Under the pieces are notes generated by a model. That model was given only the letters and a program-made list of their open reading frames with translations. It did not search any database and was not told where the DNA came from. A stretch of DNA of 26,230 bases from a virus (Duplodnaviria; Caudoviricetes), in the IMG/VR virus record IMGVR_UViG_3300025653_000228, positions 1 to 26,230 of that record; one strand, written 5' to 3'. The position numbers and the translations under genes are program-made. Shown here in pieces: positions 7,709-17,649 of this stretch; the first letter of the stretch is position 1, and the number at the start of each line of letters is the position of its first letter.

Positions 7709-10700
7709 TTGCAACTCTTGGTTGCACAGAAGAAGAGTATCGAAAGTTTACCTACGAAGCAGCCCGTCGCGCCGCAATCCGCCCCGCTGCGTATAACACT
7801 GTTCCTGACATTGTTTGCGATCCTACCGGCGGTATTCTTACAAGTATTATTATTGGCCTTGCCTTTACTGCTGCTAGTTATTTACTTACACCTAAGCCCA
7901 AGGCTCCTTCTGAGACGCAGGATGTTCGACAGCGACAGCTGCGCGGACGAAAAGGCAGCGACCGTTTTCTCGCCACTAGCGGTTTCGACTCAATCGCCGA
8001 ACTAGCAAACTACGGCGACCCAATCCCCATCATTTTCGGCAAATACACTGGCACAACTGGCGGAATGCTGGTGGCACCCAGGCTAGTGTGGTCCCGCGCC
8101 TTCAGCCTTGGTTCCCAGCAATCGGTAAAGCTATTGCTGGTGATCGGAGAGCAGGGTCTTGGCCAAGGCATTCAGTCACCCGACTTGACTGGTATTTTCC
8201 TGGGCAATTCTCCACTGGACACAGTGTTCGAGGAGAATTTTGCGTTTTACTGGAAGCGTAATTCAAACGTCACGACAAGGGTCCGTGGCGCAAATTTGCT
8301 TTACGGGACACGGGGAAGTTTGTCTACGGGCGACTTCCAAGAAGCGGATGACGTTTACCTGTGCCCAACAATTGAGGCATCTGAAGATACCGGCTTTTCG
8401 CAGGCATACACACCAAGCAGCACAACTCAGTTTGGTGTGTATGCAGCCATTGCAAACGGCACAAACTATCGCGTCAATTGGAAAACAGTCCCCATTCCAG
8501 TTCTTGAAGGCAACAGTCGCGATGATCCCGACAATGACCCAGGAAGAGCGCTGCTGCTGGAACGGATCAAAATCGCTGGCGATTACGGCTTCACTGGCAC
8601 AGATGAAATTCCAAAATGGGTTGCCGTACTAAAAGCAGGACAAAAAGGCACGGGGCGAAACTACGGCCGCAGAATGGGGATCGTATCAGTCAACGGCGTA
8701 AAGGTAACTCAAGGTGAAACAGAGGTCCGTCAAGTAGCTGTCGGGGACAAGGCTGTATTTAGAATAGAAAAAGGCAAAATTCCCAAAAATCAGTATTACT
8801 TTAAACAGACAAAAAGCACACAAGTAGACGACATTAACACTGAAGTTTTTGAAGGTCAGACCTTTGCCGACGATGCGATGCAGGTCGGCGAAACCTTCAT
8901 GATCGGCCGAACTGTGTGGATTGTCGAAAGCCGTGAAATAGAAATTTTTAAGGATGCACCTGGTGCCAAAGAACAAAACATCACGCTGCGCTGCATTGAA
9001 ATTTTCGGTAAAGGCCCTCTTAGCGCGTCTATCGGCCTGATCAGTCCGCGCATGATTCGCCGTGGTATCTACAACGATGACAACGGCAAGACTGATGCAA
9101 GAGGCGGTTTGGGACTTAGCGCTGACCCTAATTTCTACCCGCTATTGCGTTTTGCCATTGGCGTTGTCCGCAATACCCGAGCTTGCGATACTACCGAGAT
9201 AGGCATCCGCAGTCAGGTATGGCAGAAAGCAAATGGCCTTTGTAATTTTGAATCTTTACCCAGCCCCAAGGACTTAAGGCAAGCGGAAAAAAATCAGGTG
9301 TCACTGCAAAGCGGCACGATGAATATCTACATGCGCCGCACATCCGCTTTTTCCGTTTTCCTGCGCCCGGCTGGCGTAGACGCCAGCGGCAAAGAATACG
9401 CATGGGAGACCCTGGGACAAACTTTCTGCATTACGGGCCGCAGACCTCAAGACCAGTTCAACTATCTCCGCTTAGTGCATCCAGAGCGAACTCAGTTTGA
9501 ATATCGACTAGTACCAAACTCTGGCGCTGACATCGACAGCAGATTCAACGCTGACTCTCAATTCCTGGTACTGGACGCGAAAAATGGCGGTCCAATTGGT
9601 GAGATCTACGATACGCCTTACGGCCAATTTAAGTTAACCACTACTGGCAGGTACACGCTAAAAGGAACGATTAAATTCAACCGTCAAATGGCGGTCAATA
9701 CAGAAGTAATTGATGAGGTAATTCAGGCAACGATCCCCAGCTCCGTAAATGTTCAAACCTATCTGCCGGACAACGAAGGTAATGCAGTTGTAGCTGAAAC
9801 TGTTGAATTTTTTGAGTGGTTGCCAGACGGATTTACAAAAGGCCGCGCAGCTGTAACTCTTGTAAGTCTTTTCGGCGCACCGCAATTTACTGGTCAAACT
9901 GGATCTACAGAACTAACGAGCATTAGTGGCGAAAGGTCAATAACTATACGCTATACGTGTGACGTTAGCGATCAATACAGTGAAGGGCCGTTTAACGGGG
10001 AGATCCAGTGGAACAGGAAAAATCTTGCTTTGGAAGTAGTAGAAAGCTCGGGCGGCTGGAACACAGGCGAAATTTTCAATCGAGTTATTGGTATTACAAG
10101 CGAAGCTGAAAGATACAACGAACCCTACAACCTACCGTCAGCGGGCCTGAGAATCAGAGTAAAGACAACCAATAAAACCGCACCCAAAGGCAAGACCTCT
10201 GCATTCCTTTGGGAAGTTCTTGGCGATCAAGAGCAATATGCAGTCGGCCAGTCAGTGGAAGGGGTTATCTCTGGTGTGTCTGATGCAGGTAACAATATTG
10301 AAGTTACCGTTTCAGCCACTGTAGAAAAAAGAAGCAAAGAAAGCCAAGCTCAGTTTCCAGGGCAGAAAAAAGGTTACGCGCTTAACAGCATTACATATAC
10401 GGTAAACGAATCACAGACGACAGGTACGTGGTCGAAGGGGGAGAGGATTACATTTACTGAAACTGTCAGCGCTGGCAATCCTTTTAGAAAAAAAGGCACG
10501 AAAGTCGGCGTCGTTCTTAATACTCTTGGAATTAAAACTGTAGACATCCAGCCTTCCGCTGACGCGGAAAGATTTTACGAGCGCGGTAGCCAGATCGCTG
10601 ATCTCAGCTACTACAACTCTCTGCTGACTAAAAGCAACGAAAGCGGCCCTGAGCACGAGATTGTCTATGTGAATGAAACAATCGCCAACCAGACCCTGCC

Positions 10701-11850
10701 TGAATACAAAAACCTCACCCTTGCTGGTTTGTCTCTAAAGGCAAGTCAAAACTTTACGTCAATTGACCAAGTGCGTTGCTGGCTGAGCGAAGGCATTGAA
10801 GTCAAACGCTTCCTTCCCGCAGAAGCTGGAACAATTGGTCCCAGCAATAAATTCACCGATCTGGTTTACTACCTCCTTACAGATAAGGTCGCTGGAGCTG
10901 GCGGCGTAGTTAGCGCCAACCTGATCGAGACGGATGATTTTGCCAAGACAACAACTTTCTTGGAGCAAAACAAGCTGTATTTTGATGGCGCAATTGATTC
11001 TCCCGTCAACCTGCGCCAGTACATTGCTGATACAGCGCCCTACTTCCTGTGTTCTTTTGTGATAAGCAACGGCAAATTTAGCTTGGTGCCGGCACTTCCT
11101 TGTGAAGTATCGGGAGCGCTCACTCAAAAGCCGATTGACATTAAAGGCTTGTTTACTTCAGGCAATATCATCGAAGATAGCTTTTCGGTCGATTACCTAC
11201 AGACCGAAGAACGCAAGGACTTCCAATCAATCGTCCGCTACCGCAAAGAGCGCAGGAACCAGCTATCCGAAGAGGCAACTTTGAGCGTCCGCTGGGCGGA
11301 AGCCGGCAGCGACACCTATCCAATTGAATCTTTCGATCTGACCCAGTTCTGCACTTCGCGGGAACATGCCTTTATTGTTGCCCGCTATTTCATGAGCATC
11401 AGGCGACGCATTACCCACTCGGTTCGTTTCAAAACGACACCCTTTGGCATGGCACTGGCACCAGGCGATTACATTCGAGTCCTTACCGAGGCCAGTCCAT
11501 ACCAACCTGCCAACAACGGCGTAATCAGCGCTGATGGAACAATTACTGCAGCGAGCACTCTTAACGATGGCACCTACAGCATTCTTTACTCTGGACCAGA
11601 AGAGGATGAGTTGAAGACTGCCGAGCTGGATGTGCTCAACGGAAAAGCGGTTGACCCGGCATTGTTTAACACAATTTTCACGATCAATTCGCCAACAGTC
11701 TCCAGTAACACCTACACAATCGAGCAGCTAACCTTGGATAGCGAAGGCCTGGTTGAAGTGCTGGCAACTGAGTTCCCAACCAGCAGTACGTTTAACAGCT
11801 TGATCGTGCAGGACGTACTCAGTCCATCCAGCTTCATCGTTGAGGGTTGA
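7654..11850 (+). CDS. Tail tip / central fibre protein (gpI/gpJ-like), ~1400 aa
   Basis: N-terminal hydrophobic segment ILTSIIIGLAFTAASYLLTPKP, then GDPIPIIFG. The C-terminal region is tip-attachment-like (FDGAID..., FTSGNIIEDSFSVDY, FKTTPFGMALAPGDYIRV). Start uncertain: the frame is open from 7585 and GTG 7654 is the more plausible start. Confidence 0.8.
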   Translation: MFAPSVKRVPLLPYEKQLIATLGCTEEEYRKFTYEAARRAAIRPAAYNTVPDIVCDPTGGILTSIIIGLAFTAASYLLTPKPKAPSETQDVRQRQLRGRKGSDRFLATSGFDSIAELANYGDPIPIIFGKYTGTTGGMLVAPRLVWSRAFSLGSQQSVKLLLVIGEQGLGQGIQSPDLTGIFLGNSPLDTVFEENFAFYWKRNSNVTTRVRGANLLYGTRGSLSTGDFQEADDVYLCPTIEASEDTGFSQAYTPSSTTQFGVYAAIANGTNYRVNWKTVPIPVLEGNSRDDPDNDPGRALLLERIKIAGDYGFTGTDEIPKWVAVLKAGQKGTGRNYGRRMGIVSVNGVKVTQGETEVRQVAVGDKAVFRIEKGKIPKNQYYFKQTKSTQVDDINTEVFEGQTFADDAMQVGETFMIGRTVWIVESREIEIFKDAPGAKEQNITLRCIEIFGKGPLSASIGLISPRMIRRGIYNDDNGKTDARGGLGLSADPNFYPLLRFAIGVVRNTRACDTTEIGIRSQVWQKANGLCNFESLPSPKDLRQAEKNQVSLQSGTMNIYMRRTSAFSVFLRPAGVDASGKEYAWETLGQTFCITGRRPQDQFNYLRLVHPERTQFEYRLVPNSGADIDSRFNADSQFLVLDAKNGGPIGEIYDTPYGQFKLTTTGRYTLKGTIKFNRQMAVNTEVIDEVIQATIPSSVNVQTYLPDNEGNAVVAETVEFFEWLPDGFTKGRAAVTLVSLFGAPQFTGQTGSTELTSISGERSITIRYTCDVSDQYSEGPFNGEIQWNRKNLALEVVESSGGWNTGEIFNRVIGITSEAERYNEPYNLPSAGLRIRVKTTNKTAPKGKTSAFLWEVLGDQEQYAVGQSVEGVISGVSDAGNNIEVTVSATVEKRSKESQAQFPGQKKGYALNSITYTVNESQTTGTWSKGERITFTETVSAGNPFRKKGTKVGVVLNTLGIKTVDIQPSADAERFYERGSQIADLSYYNSLLTKSNESGPEHEIVYVNETIANQTLPEYKNLTLAGLSLKASQNFTSIDQVRCWLSEGIEVKRFLPAEAGTIGPSNKFTDLVYYLLTDKVAGAGGVVSANLIETDDFAKTTTFLEQNKLYFDGAIDSPVNLRQYIADTAPYFLCSFVISNGKFSLVPALPCEVSGALTQKPIDIKGLFTSGNIIEDSFSVDYLQTEERKDFQSIVRYRKERRNQLSEEATLSVRWAEAGSDTYPIESFDLTQFCTSREHAFIVARYFMSIRRRITHSVRFKTTPFGMALAPGDYIRVLTEASPYQPANNGVISADGTITAASTLNDGTYSILYSGPEEDELKTAELDVLNGKAVDPALFNTIFTINSPTVSSNTYTIEQLTLDSEGLVEVLATEFPTSSTFNSLIVQDVLSPSSFIVEG

Positions 11851-11852
11851 CC

Positions 11853-12866
11853 ATGGACTTTCCCGCTCTTGTGCCGTCTTCTCGCAGCTACACGTCTGGC
11901 GATTACGCAGTCCGAACATTTAGATCGCAATCCGGCGCAGAAAGTCGAATTCTGTACGGAGACACAAGGTTCGGTGCCACGCTAGAGCTGCAATACCAAA
12001 ACCTTACAGATAAAAACGCGCAGACGTTTGTTGGGCACTACGAAAACGTAAAAGGGACCTTCGGTACTTTTGAGCTTCCTCTTCGTTTAATTGAGGGCTG
12101 GAGCGGAAACGCTCAGCTGATTGGTACTGGTTATAGAAATCAACGAAACAGCATTGCTACTTACATAGACCAAGACGGCTTTATCGTTACCGCACAGCCA
12201 TTTGAAACTAGATTTAGCTATGAAACTGAAACTGGGCACCCCATTGGTCTGCTTATAGAGGATGAAGCTACAAATTTATTTACAAACAGCACAAGTTTGA
12301 CTGCGGGAATTTTTAGCTTTAACTGGGATATAAGCGCTTCAGATCTCCTCGGTCCTGACAATAAGCTGACTGAAGTTTCTAGGTTTATTAATAAAAACCC
12401 AGTAGCAGGCAGTGGATTTACAAGAATTAACGGATCATTTGAGCCAGGGCAGTATTTTGTAAGTATTTACATTTACGTCCCGAGCCAGTCCTCTATTTCA
12501 AGCTGGCTCATAAAAAGCGATTTTTTTAATGTTGACAGAGGCTCTAGCATCGATTATTCAGTTTTTAATAAGTGGGTCAGGGCTGTCGTGCCAGTAGAAG
12601 TAGTAGCCACAAGATCTTTTGTAGATTTTGATTTTATAGTTTCTGGAAGGCCGACGAGGGCTGGCGATGAATTTTATGCATGGGGTCCTCAAGTTGAAAG
12701 AGGTGTTTCGGTAAGTTCTTACATTCCTACGGGAAGCGACCCTGTAACCAGACAGGCCGATAAGCTGCAACCGATTGGATCATGGCGTTACGCCGAGCCG
12801 CCAGAAATTACCAACGTGCGCCCTGGCGTTAGCAACGCCCGTGTGCGGCTAATCAGTGTTGTATAG
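11853..12866 (+). CDS. Distal-tail (gpM/Dit-like) protein with an internal ~210-aa inserted module
   Basis: GAGGG lies 6 nt upstream of ATG 11853. The N-terminal part (FPALVPSSRSY...GAESRILYG...FVGHYENVKGTFGTFELP) and C-terminal part (WRYAEPPEITNVRPGVSNARVRL) together resemble a small gpM/Dit-type protein. They are separated by an AT-richer insert bounded by GLLIEDEATNL and QVERG...SSYIPT...TRQAD. Confidence 0.6.
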   Translation: MDFPALVPSSRSYTSGDYAVRTFRSQSGAESRILYGDTRFGATLELQYQNLTDKNAQTFVGHYENVKGTFGTFELPLRLIEGWSGNAQLIGTGYRNQRNSIATYIDQDGFIVTAQPFETRFSYETETGHPIGLLIEDEATNLFTNSTSLTAGIFSFNWDISASDLLGPDNKLTEVSRFINKNPVAGSGFTRINGSFEPGQYFVSIYIYVPSQSSISSWLIKSDFFNVDRGSSIDYSVFNKWVRAVVPVEVVATRSFVDFDFIVSGRPTRAGDEFYAWGPQVERGVSVSSYIPTGSDPVTRQADKLQPIGSWRYAEPPEITNVRPGVSNARVRLISVV

Positions 12867-12887
12867 AATAGCCCCAAGGAGGTCGCC

Positions 12888-13319
12888 ATGGCTAAGTTTT
12901 ATACCGGTCGTGATGGCAGCTTGCTGCTGGACGGCGTGACCCAGGCCAAGGTGACCTCGTGGTCATTTTCGTCTGACCTGGAAACACTAGAAACCACAAC
13001 GCTGGGCGAATCCCACCGCTCGTACACCCCCGGCGTCCAAGGCGCCAGCGGAAGCGCAACACTTCTGTATTACAAGGCAGACGACGGCACCAACGACGCC
13101 GGAGTCCTCCTCAAAAAACTAATTAACACAAATACAGCCGGCATCACCGACGCCGATACGGTGCTTTTTACCTTGCGTTATGCAAACGGCGACAACTTTA
13201 ACGACATCAAATTCAACGCCTACATCACTGGGGCAAGTCTTGGCTCAAACGTAGGCGAGGTTGCATCTGCTCAGATCAATTTCCAGGTAACAGGCGTGCT
13301 ATCTGAGGCGAGCTTGTAA
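12888..13319 (+). CDS. Tail-tube-fold protein, 143 aa
   Basis: Strong RBS AAGGAGG upstream. The pattern YTGRDG...VTSWSFSSDLETLETTTLG...YTPG...SGS...AYITGASL...INFQVTG is typical of phage tail tube (gpV / GTA-gp9-like) proteins. Confidence 0.7.
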   Translation: MAKFYTGRDGSLLLDGVTQAKVTSWSFSSDLETLETTTLGESHRSYTPGVQGASGSATLLYYKADDGTNDAGVLLKKLINTNTAGITDADTVLFTLRYANGDNFNDIKFNAYITGASLGSNVGEVASAQINFQVTGVLSEASL

Positions 13320-14209
13320 TGGCGGTTTATCTCGGAAATGTAGGAAGCATCGAGCTAACTCGAAAATCCCTTCAAGAAGAAAAACTCTCAGTCGTCAATC
13401 CAGATGACGTAAACGTTGCTCGCAAAAGATTCAGCTTTGACTTTGAGGAAGGCGCTTTCCTTACTGGCGACTTCATAACAATCACTTCGACAAACGAAGT
13501 ACCGCTCTCTTTTATTGGCATTGACGGCTGGCGTGACGGCAACGTTCACTCCAGCGGCAACTGGTACATCTTTGTCGATGAGATTGGCGGCATCCGCCTG
13601 TACAACAATTTCAACGACAGCCTTGAAGGAGATAGGACTGCCGCCATCAGCTTGGTGGACATCACCACAGACATCCCCATTTCTGTCACCGTAAAAGACA
13701 GCGCCGGACGAATACTGGGTTGCGTAATTCAGTATGAATTAAACACAAACAGAGAAGCAATTGACGTAACCACTTTGTCTGATACCTATCGCGAGCAATA
13801 CAGCTCACTCATAACCGGAAGCGGTCAGCTGACGGCTCAATGGGATTACAAGAACAAAAGCAACGAAGAAACTGTCAATTACCTTATGCAGCTTGCCTTG
13901 CGCACGGAGATTGGCGGAATTTTTGGCGCTAAATTTTACTTAAAAAGCGAGGGGACTGCTGCCTCGGCTGGAGATTTTGCCGACAGCCAGTTGAACGATT
14001 CCATTTGGTGGGAATTTGACGCATTGATTACGAATAGCGCAACAAATTTTGCGCCAGGACAAATTATTGTTTCTACGGTTAATTTTGTGACAACCGGGCC
14101 GGTCAAGCTCAGAGCGCAAACCACAGTATCCAGCAAGCTTCTGCAGGAGGACGCCGGTTTCATCGTGCTGGAGCAAGGCGGACTCCTGGCTATTGCTGAC
14201 GAGGATTAG
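13319..14209 (+). CDS. Virion structural protein with a tail-tube-like C-terminal domain, 296 aa
   Basis: TAATG overlap with the previous gene. The second half (VIQYELNTNREAIDVTTLSD...ITGSGQL...ALITNSA...VNFVTTG) parallels the 143-aa neighbour. Ends in an LLQED-x-G-x-I-x-LE motif. Confidence 0.6.
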   Translation: MAVYLGNVGSIELTRKSLQEEKLSVVNPDDVNVARKRFSFDFEEGAFLTGDFITITSTNEVPLSFIGIDGWRDGNVHSSGNWYIFVDEIGGIRLYNNFNDSLEGDRTAAISLVDITTDIPISVTVKDSAGRILGCVIQYELNTNREAIDVTTLSDTYREQYSSLITGSGQLTAQWDYKNKSNEETVNYLMQLALRTEIGGIFGAKFYLKSEGTAASAGDFADSQLNDSIWWEFDALITNSATNFAPGQIIVSTVNFVTTGPVKLRAQTTVSSKLLQEDAGFIVLEQGGLLAIADED

Positions 14210-14254
14210 AGCTAGACTGCTGGCATCTATCAGCTGGTTCGCAAGAGGTAGGCC

Positions 14255-16729
14255 GTGGCAGATCTTCGGATTAGTGAGCTAAACAGCCTGGCCTCTGCGG
14301 ATGTAGCTTCCAACGATTTTCTGCCGATTGCTGATCGGTCTGCAAGCGAGACCAAAAAGGTAACCGTTGTTGACTTCCTTAATAAAGCAGTAACCCAGCT
14401 TTCTGACGACGTAATCCCAAGCGCAAAAATTTTATTTGACTCACAGACAATCCCTGGTGGTGCATTTGTAAACGGTGCAGTAGGTAGCGATCAAATTGCC
14501 TCCGGTGCAGTTGATTCCACCAAACTTGCAGACAATTCCAGCGCACGGCTTGTAACATCCCTGCCCGCTACTGGCGTCTTTGCTGGTCAGCTTGCAGTTG
14601 AAACCGAAACTAACAAAGCCTATGTCTGGGACGGCAGCAGCTGGGTCAGCTTCAAGGCCGCTGGATCGATCAACCAGCTAGTCGCTACAACTGCTGGCCC
14701 CATCCGTATTTCTGTTTCGACGGTTGGCGACACAGCAACTCTTTCCGTTAATCCGCAGGTCACGCCAAGCGGCGGCATCTTTCTTGCTGGACCTGCTGGA
14801 AGCGGCGGTGAAGTAAGCGGCCGTCAAATTGTTGGTTCTGACCTACCCACTGCAACCAACACCGCAAAGGGCGCGATCATTGTCAATGCTGAAGGTCTGC
14901 GAGTAGACGGCGAAACGCTGGAGCTTGACAACGATGTCACCGCAACCAGCACTTTTTCGGTCGTTACGCATGACTCAAAAGGCTTGGTAAACGGCAGCCG
15001 GGCAATTGAATCTGAAGATCTACCCAATGCAACCGCCAGCGCAACTGGTGCAGTCCAACCCGGCACTGGCCTCAGCGTCACCAATGCCGGCGTTCTAAAT
15101 CACACAAATGCAGTCACCGCAGGTACTGCAACCAAGATTACGTTTGATGCTCAAGGTCATGTAACCAACGGCGCCACACTCACAGAAGATGACATTCCAG
15201 ATATTCCAGCAGAAAAGCTGACCTCGGGCGTACTGGCTTCAGCAGTCTTCGGCACCAACACAGTGCCTGGTTCTGCCATTGCGGACGACGCCGTAACTCA
15301 GTTCGGCGGACCTGGAACAACCGCTCAAGTCACAATCTTCCCAAGCGCAGACTTTAAGGGTCAGTTTTTCTACGACGTTGGCAGAGGCGACCTTTACATC
15401 TGGGACGGCTCCGCTTGGATCCCGGTAACAGTAACCAGCGGCGAGCTTATTTTCGCTGGCATCTACGACGCAGCAGCAAACAACATTGAATCACTTAGCG
15501 CAGCCGGCGCCGGCTTGGGACTAAGCGTAGGGGGTACACTCCCGCAACCAAGCACGCAAAACAATCAGTATTATTTTGTCGTCGCAAACTCAGGCACAGG
15601 AGCAGGTACTTATGTACCGACTGTTTCCCTAAACGCGCCCGACCAACTGCTTTCTGACGGTCAAAGCGCAACTTGGCAGCTTATTGATATTTCTGGAACC
15701 ATCACAGGCAACACAGCGGCAAACATCTCGTTTACTCCGTTTAGCCTTATCCAGGCCACCGATGTCCAAGCGGCGGTTGAAGAGGTTTACAACGAAAGCG
15801 TAAGAACAACTGGCGCAACAATTACCGGCACGCTTGAGATTGGTGCAACAGGCAGTTTCAAGTTCGATGGGACAACTGCCAACTCAAACAAGACAACGCT
15901 TACGGTTGCTGATCCAACGGCAAACCGCACAATTACGCTGCCAAACGTAAGCGGCACTGTAGTTACTACTGGTGACACTGGGACAGTTACCGCACAGATG
16001 CTTGCGGGAGACATCAGCTTTGACCAAGTTACAACTACAGGATCTATTGCTAACGCAGACGTAGCAACAAACGCAGAAATTGCCTACAGTAAATTAAACC
16101 TTACAAACTCAATTTTGAATGCCGATATTAACGCATCCGCAGGAATTGTTTACACTAAATTAAATCTGGCCGGCGGAATTGTAAATAACGACATCAACGC
16201 AGGCGCAGCCATCGCCAAGTCAAAGCTAAATCTGACCAACACCATTACAAACGCAGACATTAACGCTAATGCCGCGATTGCGGACACAAAGTTAAACACA
16301 ATTACAACTGCCGGCAAAGTAAGCGGAAGCGCAATCACCAGCGGAACCATTGGTGGTTCAACAGTTATTAGCACAACTGGCGGCATTTCAACAACAGGAG
16401 CGATTAGCGATGGCATCGGATCTATACGAAGGATTCCGCAAAATCCTAAAAGTGCGGCTTATACGCTTATCGCAAGTGATTCAGGAAAGCACATCAGCAT
16501 CAGCTCTGGTGGTGTGACGGTGCCTGCATCGGTTTTCTCTATTGGCGACAACGTAACTATTTTCAATAACTCGACAAATTCACAGCAAATTGTTCAAGGC
16601 GCTGGTGTAACTCTTCGTACCGGCGGCCAAACAACAACGGGCACTCGCACACTCGCCAATTACGGCGTTGCCACTATCCTCTGCGTGGCTGCTAATACAT
16701 TCGTCATTACCGGCACTGGTATCACCTGA
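14255..16729 (+). CDS. Long tail fibre protein, 824 aa
   Basis: GTG start with GAGG upstream and N-terminus MADLRISEL...ETKKVTV. T/G/A-rich beta repeats, two WDGS(S/A)W motifs, KITFDAQGHVT, 22-aa repeats, and a C-terminal AYTLIASDSGK...GAGVTL domain, all typical of phage fibres. Confidence 0.8.
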   Translation: MADLRISELNSLASADVASNDFLPIADRSASETKKVTVVDFLNKAVTQLSDDVIPSAKILFDSQTIPGGAFVNGAVGSDQIASGAVDSTKLADNSSARLVTSLPATGVFAGQLAVETETNKAYVWDGSSWVSFKAAGSINQLVATTAGPIRISVSTVGDTATLSVNPQVTPSGGIFLAGPAGSGGEVSGRQIVGSDLPTATNTAKGAIIVNAEGLRVDGETLELDNDVTATSTFSVVTHDSKGLVNGSRAIESEDLPNATASATGAVQPGTGLSVTNAGVLNHTNAVTAGTATKITFDAQGHVTNGATLTEDDIPDIPAEKLTSGVLASAVFGTNTVPGSAIADDAVTQFGGPGTTAQVTIFPSADFKGQFFYDVGRGDLYIWDGSAWIPVTVTSGELIFAGIYDAAANNIESLSAAGAGLGLSVGGTLPQPSTQNNQYYFVVANSGTGAGTYVPTVSLNAPDQLLSDGQSATWQLIDISGTITGNTAANISFTPFSLIQATDVQAAVEEVYNESVRTTGATITGTLEIGATGSFKFDGTTANSNKTTLTVADPTANRTITLPNVSGTVVTTGDTGTVTAQMLAGDISFDQVTTTGSIANADVATNAEIAYSKLNLTNSILNADINASAGIVYTKLNLAGGIVNNDINAGAAIAKSKLNLTNTITNADINANAAIADTKLNTITTAGKVSGSAITSGTIGGSTVISTTGGISTTGAISDGIGSIRRIPQNPKSAAYTLIASDSGKHISISSGGVTVPASVFSIGDNVTIFNNSTNSQQIVQGAGVTLRTGGQTTTGTRTLANYGVATILCVAANTFVITGTGIT
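16045..16300 (+). repeat. About four 66-bp (22-aa) imperfect coding repeats in the tail fibre
   Basis: IANADVATNAEIAYSKLNLTNS / ILNADINASAGIVYTKLNLAGG / IVNNDINAGAAIAKSKLNLTNT / ITNADINANAAIADTKL. Confidence 0.85.
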
Positions 16730-17649
16730 TGTCTAACCAGGAAATGCTGCTGGGGGGCGGCTTCAGTGATGTCCCCCCATTCTCTGCAACCGGCGGCACA
16801 ATCACAACCGTCGGCGCCGACACGGTACACACGTTTACCGGCAGCGGCACTTTTGTACTCGAAAATCCACCCCCTGGTTTTACTGTTCAATATCTAGTTG
16901 TCGCTGGTGGGGGCGGCGGTGGTGGTCAAGCGTCAACCTTTGCAGGAGGTGGAGGTGGTGGTGGTGGCGTTCGTCAGGGCACTAGTGAGTTTTTAGGCGG
17001 ATCATATGCTGTTGTTGTCGGCGCAGGAGGCGCAAGAGGATCGTTTGCTTCCAACGGGGGAAACTCTTCTTTTACAAAACCCGACGGTTCAATTCTTAGT
17101 TCTAATGGCGGAGGCAAAGGAGGTAACCCAGATTCTTTAAGCGGAGGTTCAGGCGGAGGTGGTGGAACGACAGTCAGTCAAGCCCGTTTCGGCTCTGTCG
17201 GTACTGCTGGGCAAGGCAATTCGGGAAGCGCCGGGATCTATACACCATTTAACAATGGAAACAATGCTTACTGGCGAGGCGGAGGGGGAGGAGGGGCTTT
17301 AGGGGCCGGAACCAGTCCATTATCTAACCGAGGCGGAAATGGTGGCATAGGTAATCCACTAAGTATTACAGGGGCATCTGTGATTTACGGCGCCGGCGGT
17401 GGAGGATGCGCCAGAACCGAGGGAATAACTGCGTCGGCAAGTTTTGGCGGTGGTGGTACTACAGGAAATGGAGCGGGTAATGGGGAAGCGCGGACTGCAG
17501 ATTTAGGAGGCAGCACTATATCTTCTGTGGCGGCGACTGCCGCAGCAGCAAACCAAGGCGGAGGCGGTGGGGGCTCAACTTTCAACGGCACTCCAACTTC
17601 AGGCGGTTCCGGCATCGTGATTATCCGCTATACCACTCCAACACCCTGA
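16729..17649 (+). CDS. Glycine-rich adhesin-like fibre-tip protein, 306 aa
   Basis: GGTITTVGADTVHTFTGSGTF...YLVVAGGGGGG...GGGGG runs...GGSGIVIIRY, the pattern of polyglycine-rich phage domains. Coupled to the fibre gene by TGATG. Confidence 0.75.
   Translation: MSNQEMLLGGGFSDVPPFSATGGTITTVGADTVHTFTGSGTFVLENPPPGFTVQYLVVAGGGGGGGQASTFAGGGGGGGGVRQGTSEFLGGSYAVVVGAGGARGSFASNGGNSSFTKPDGSILSSNGGGKGGNPDSLSGGSGGGGGTTVSQARFGSVGTAGQGNSGSAGIYTPFNNGNNAYWRGGGGGGALGAGTSPLSNRGGNGGIGNPLSITGASVIYGAGGGGCARTEGITASASFGGGGTTGNGAGNGEARTADLGGSTISSVAATAAAANQGGGGGGSTFNGTPTSGGSGIVIIRYTTPTP

Noticed and set aside
16905-17575. GGN microsatellite-like runs as phase-variation tracts
   Set aside because: They are mixed GGT/GGC/GGA/GGG codons encoding poly-Gly motifs, not pure slippage-prone repeats.
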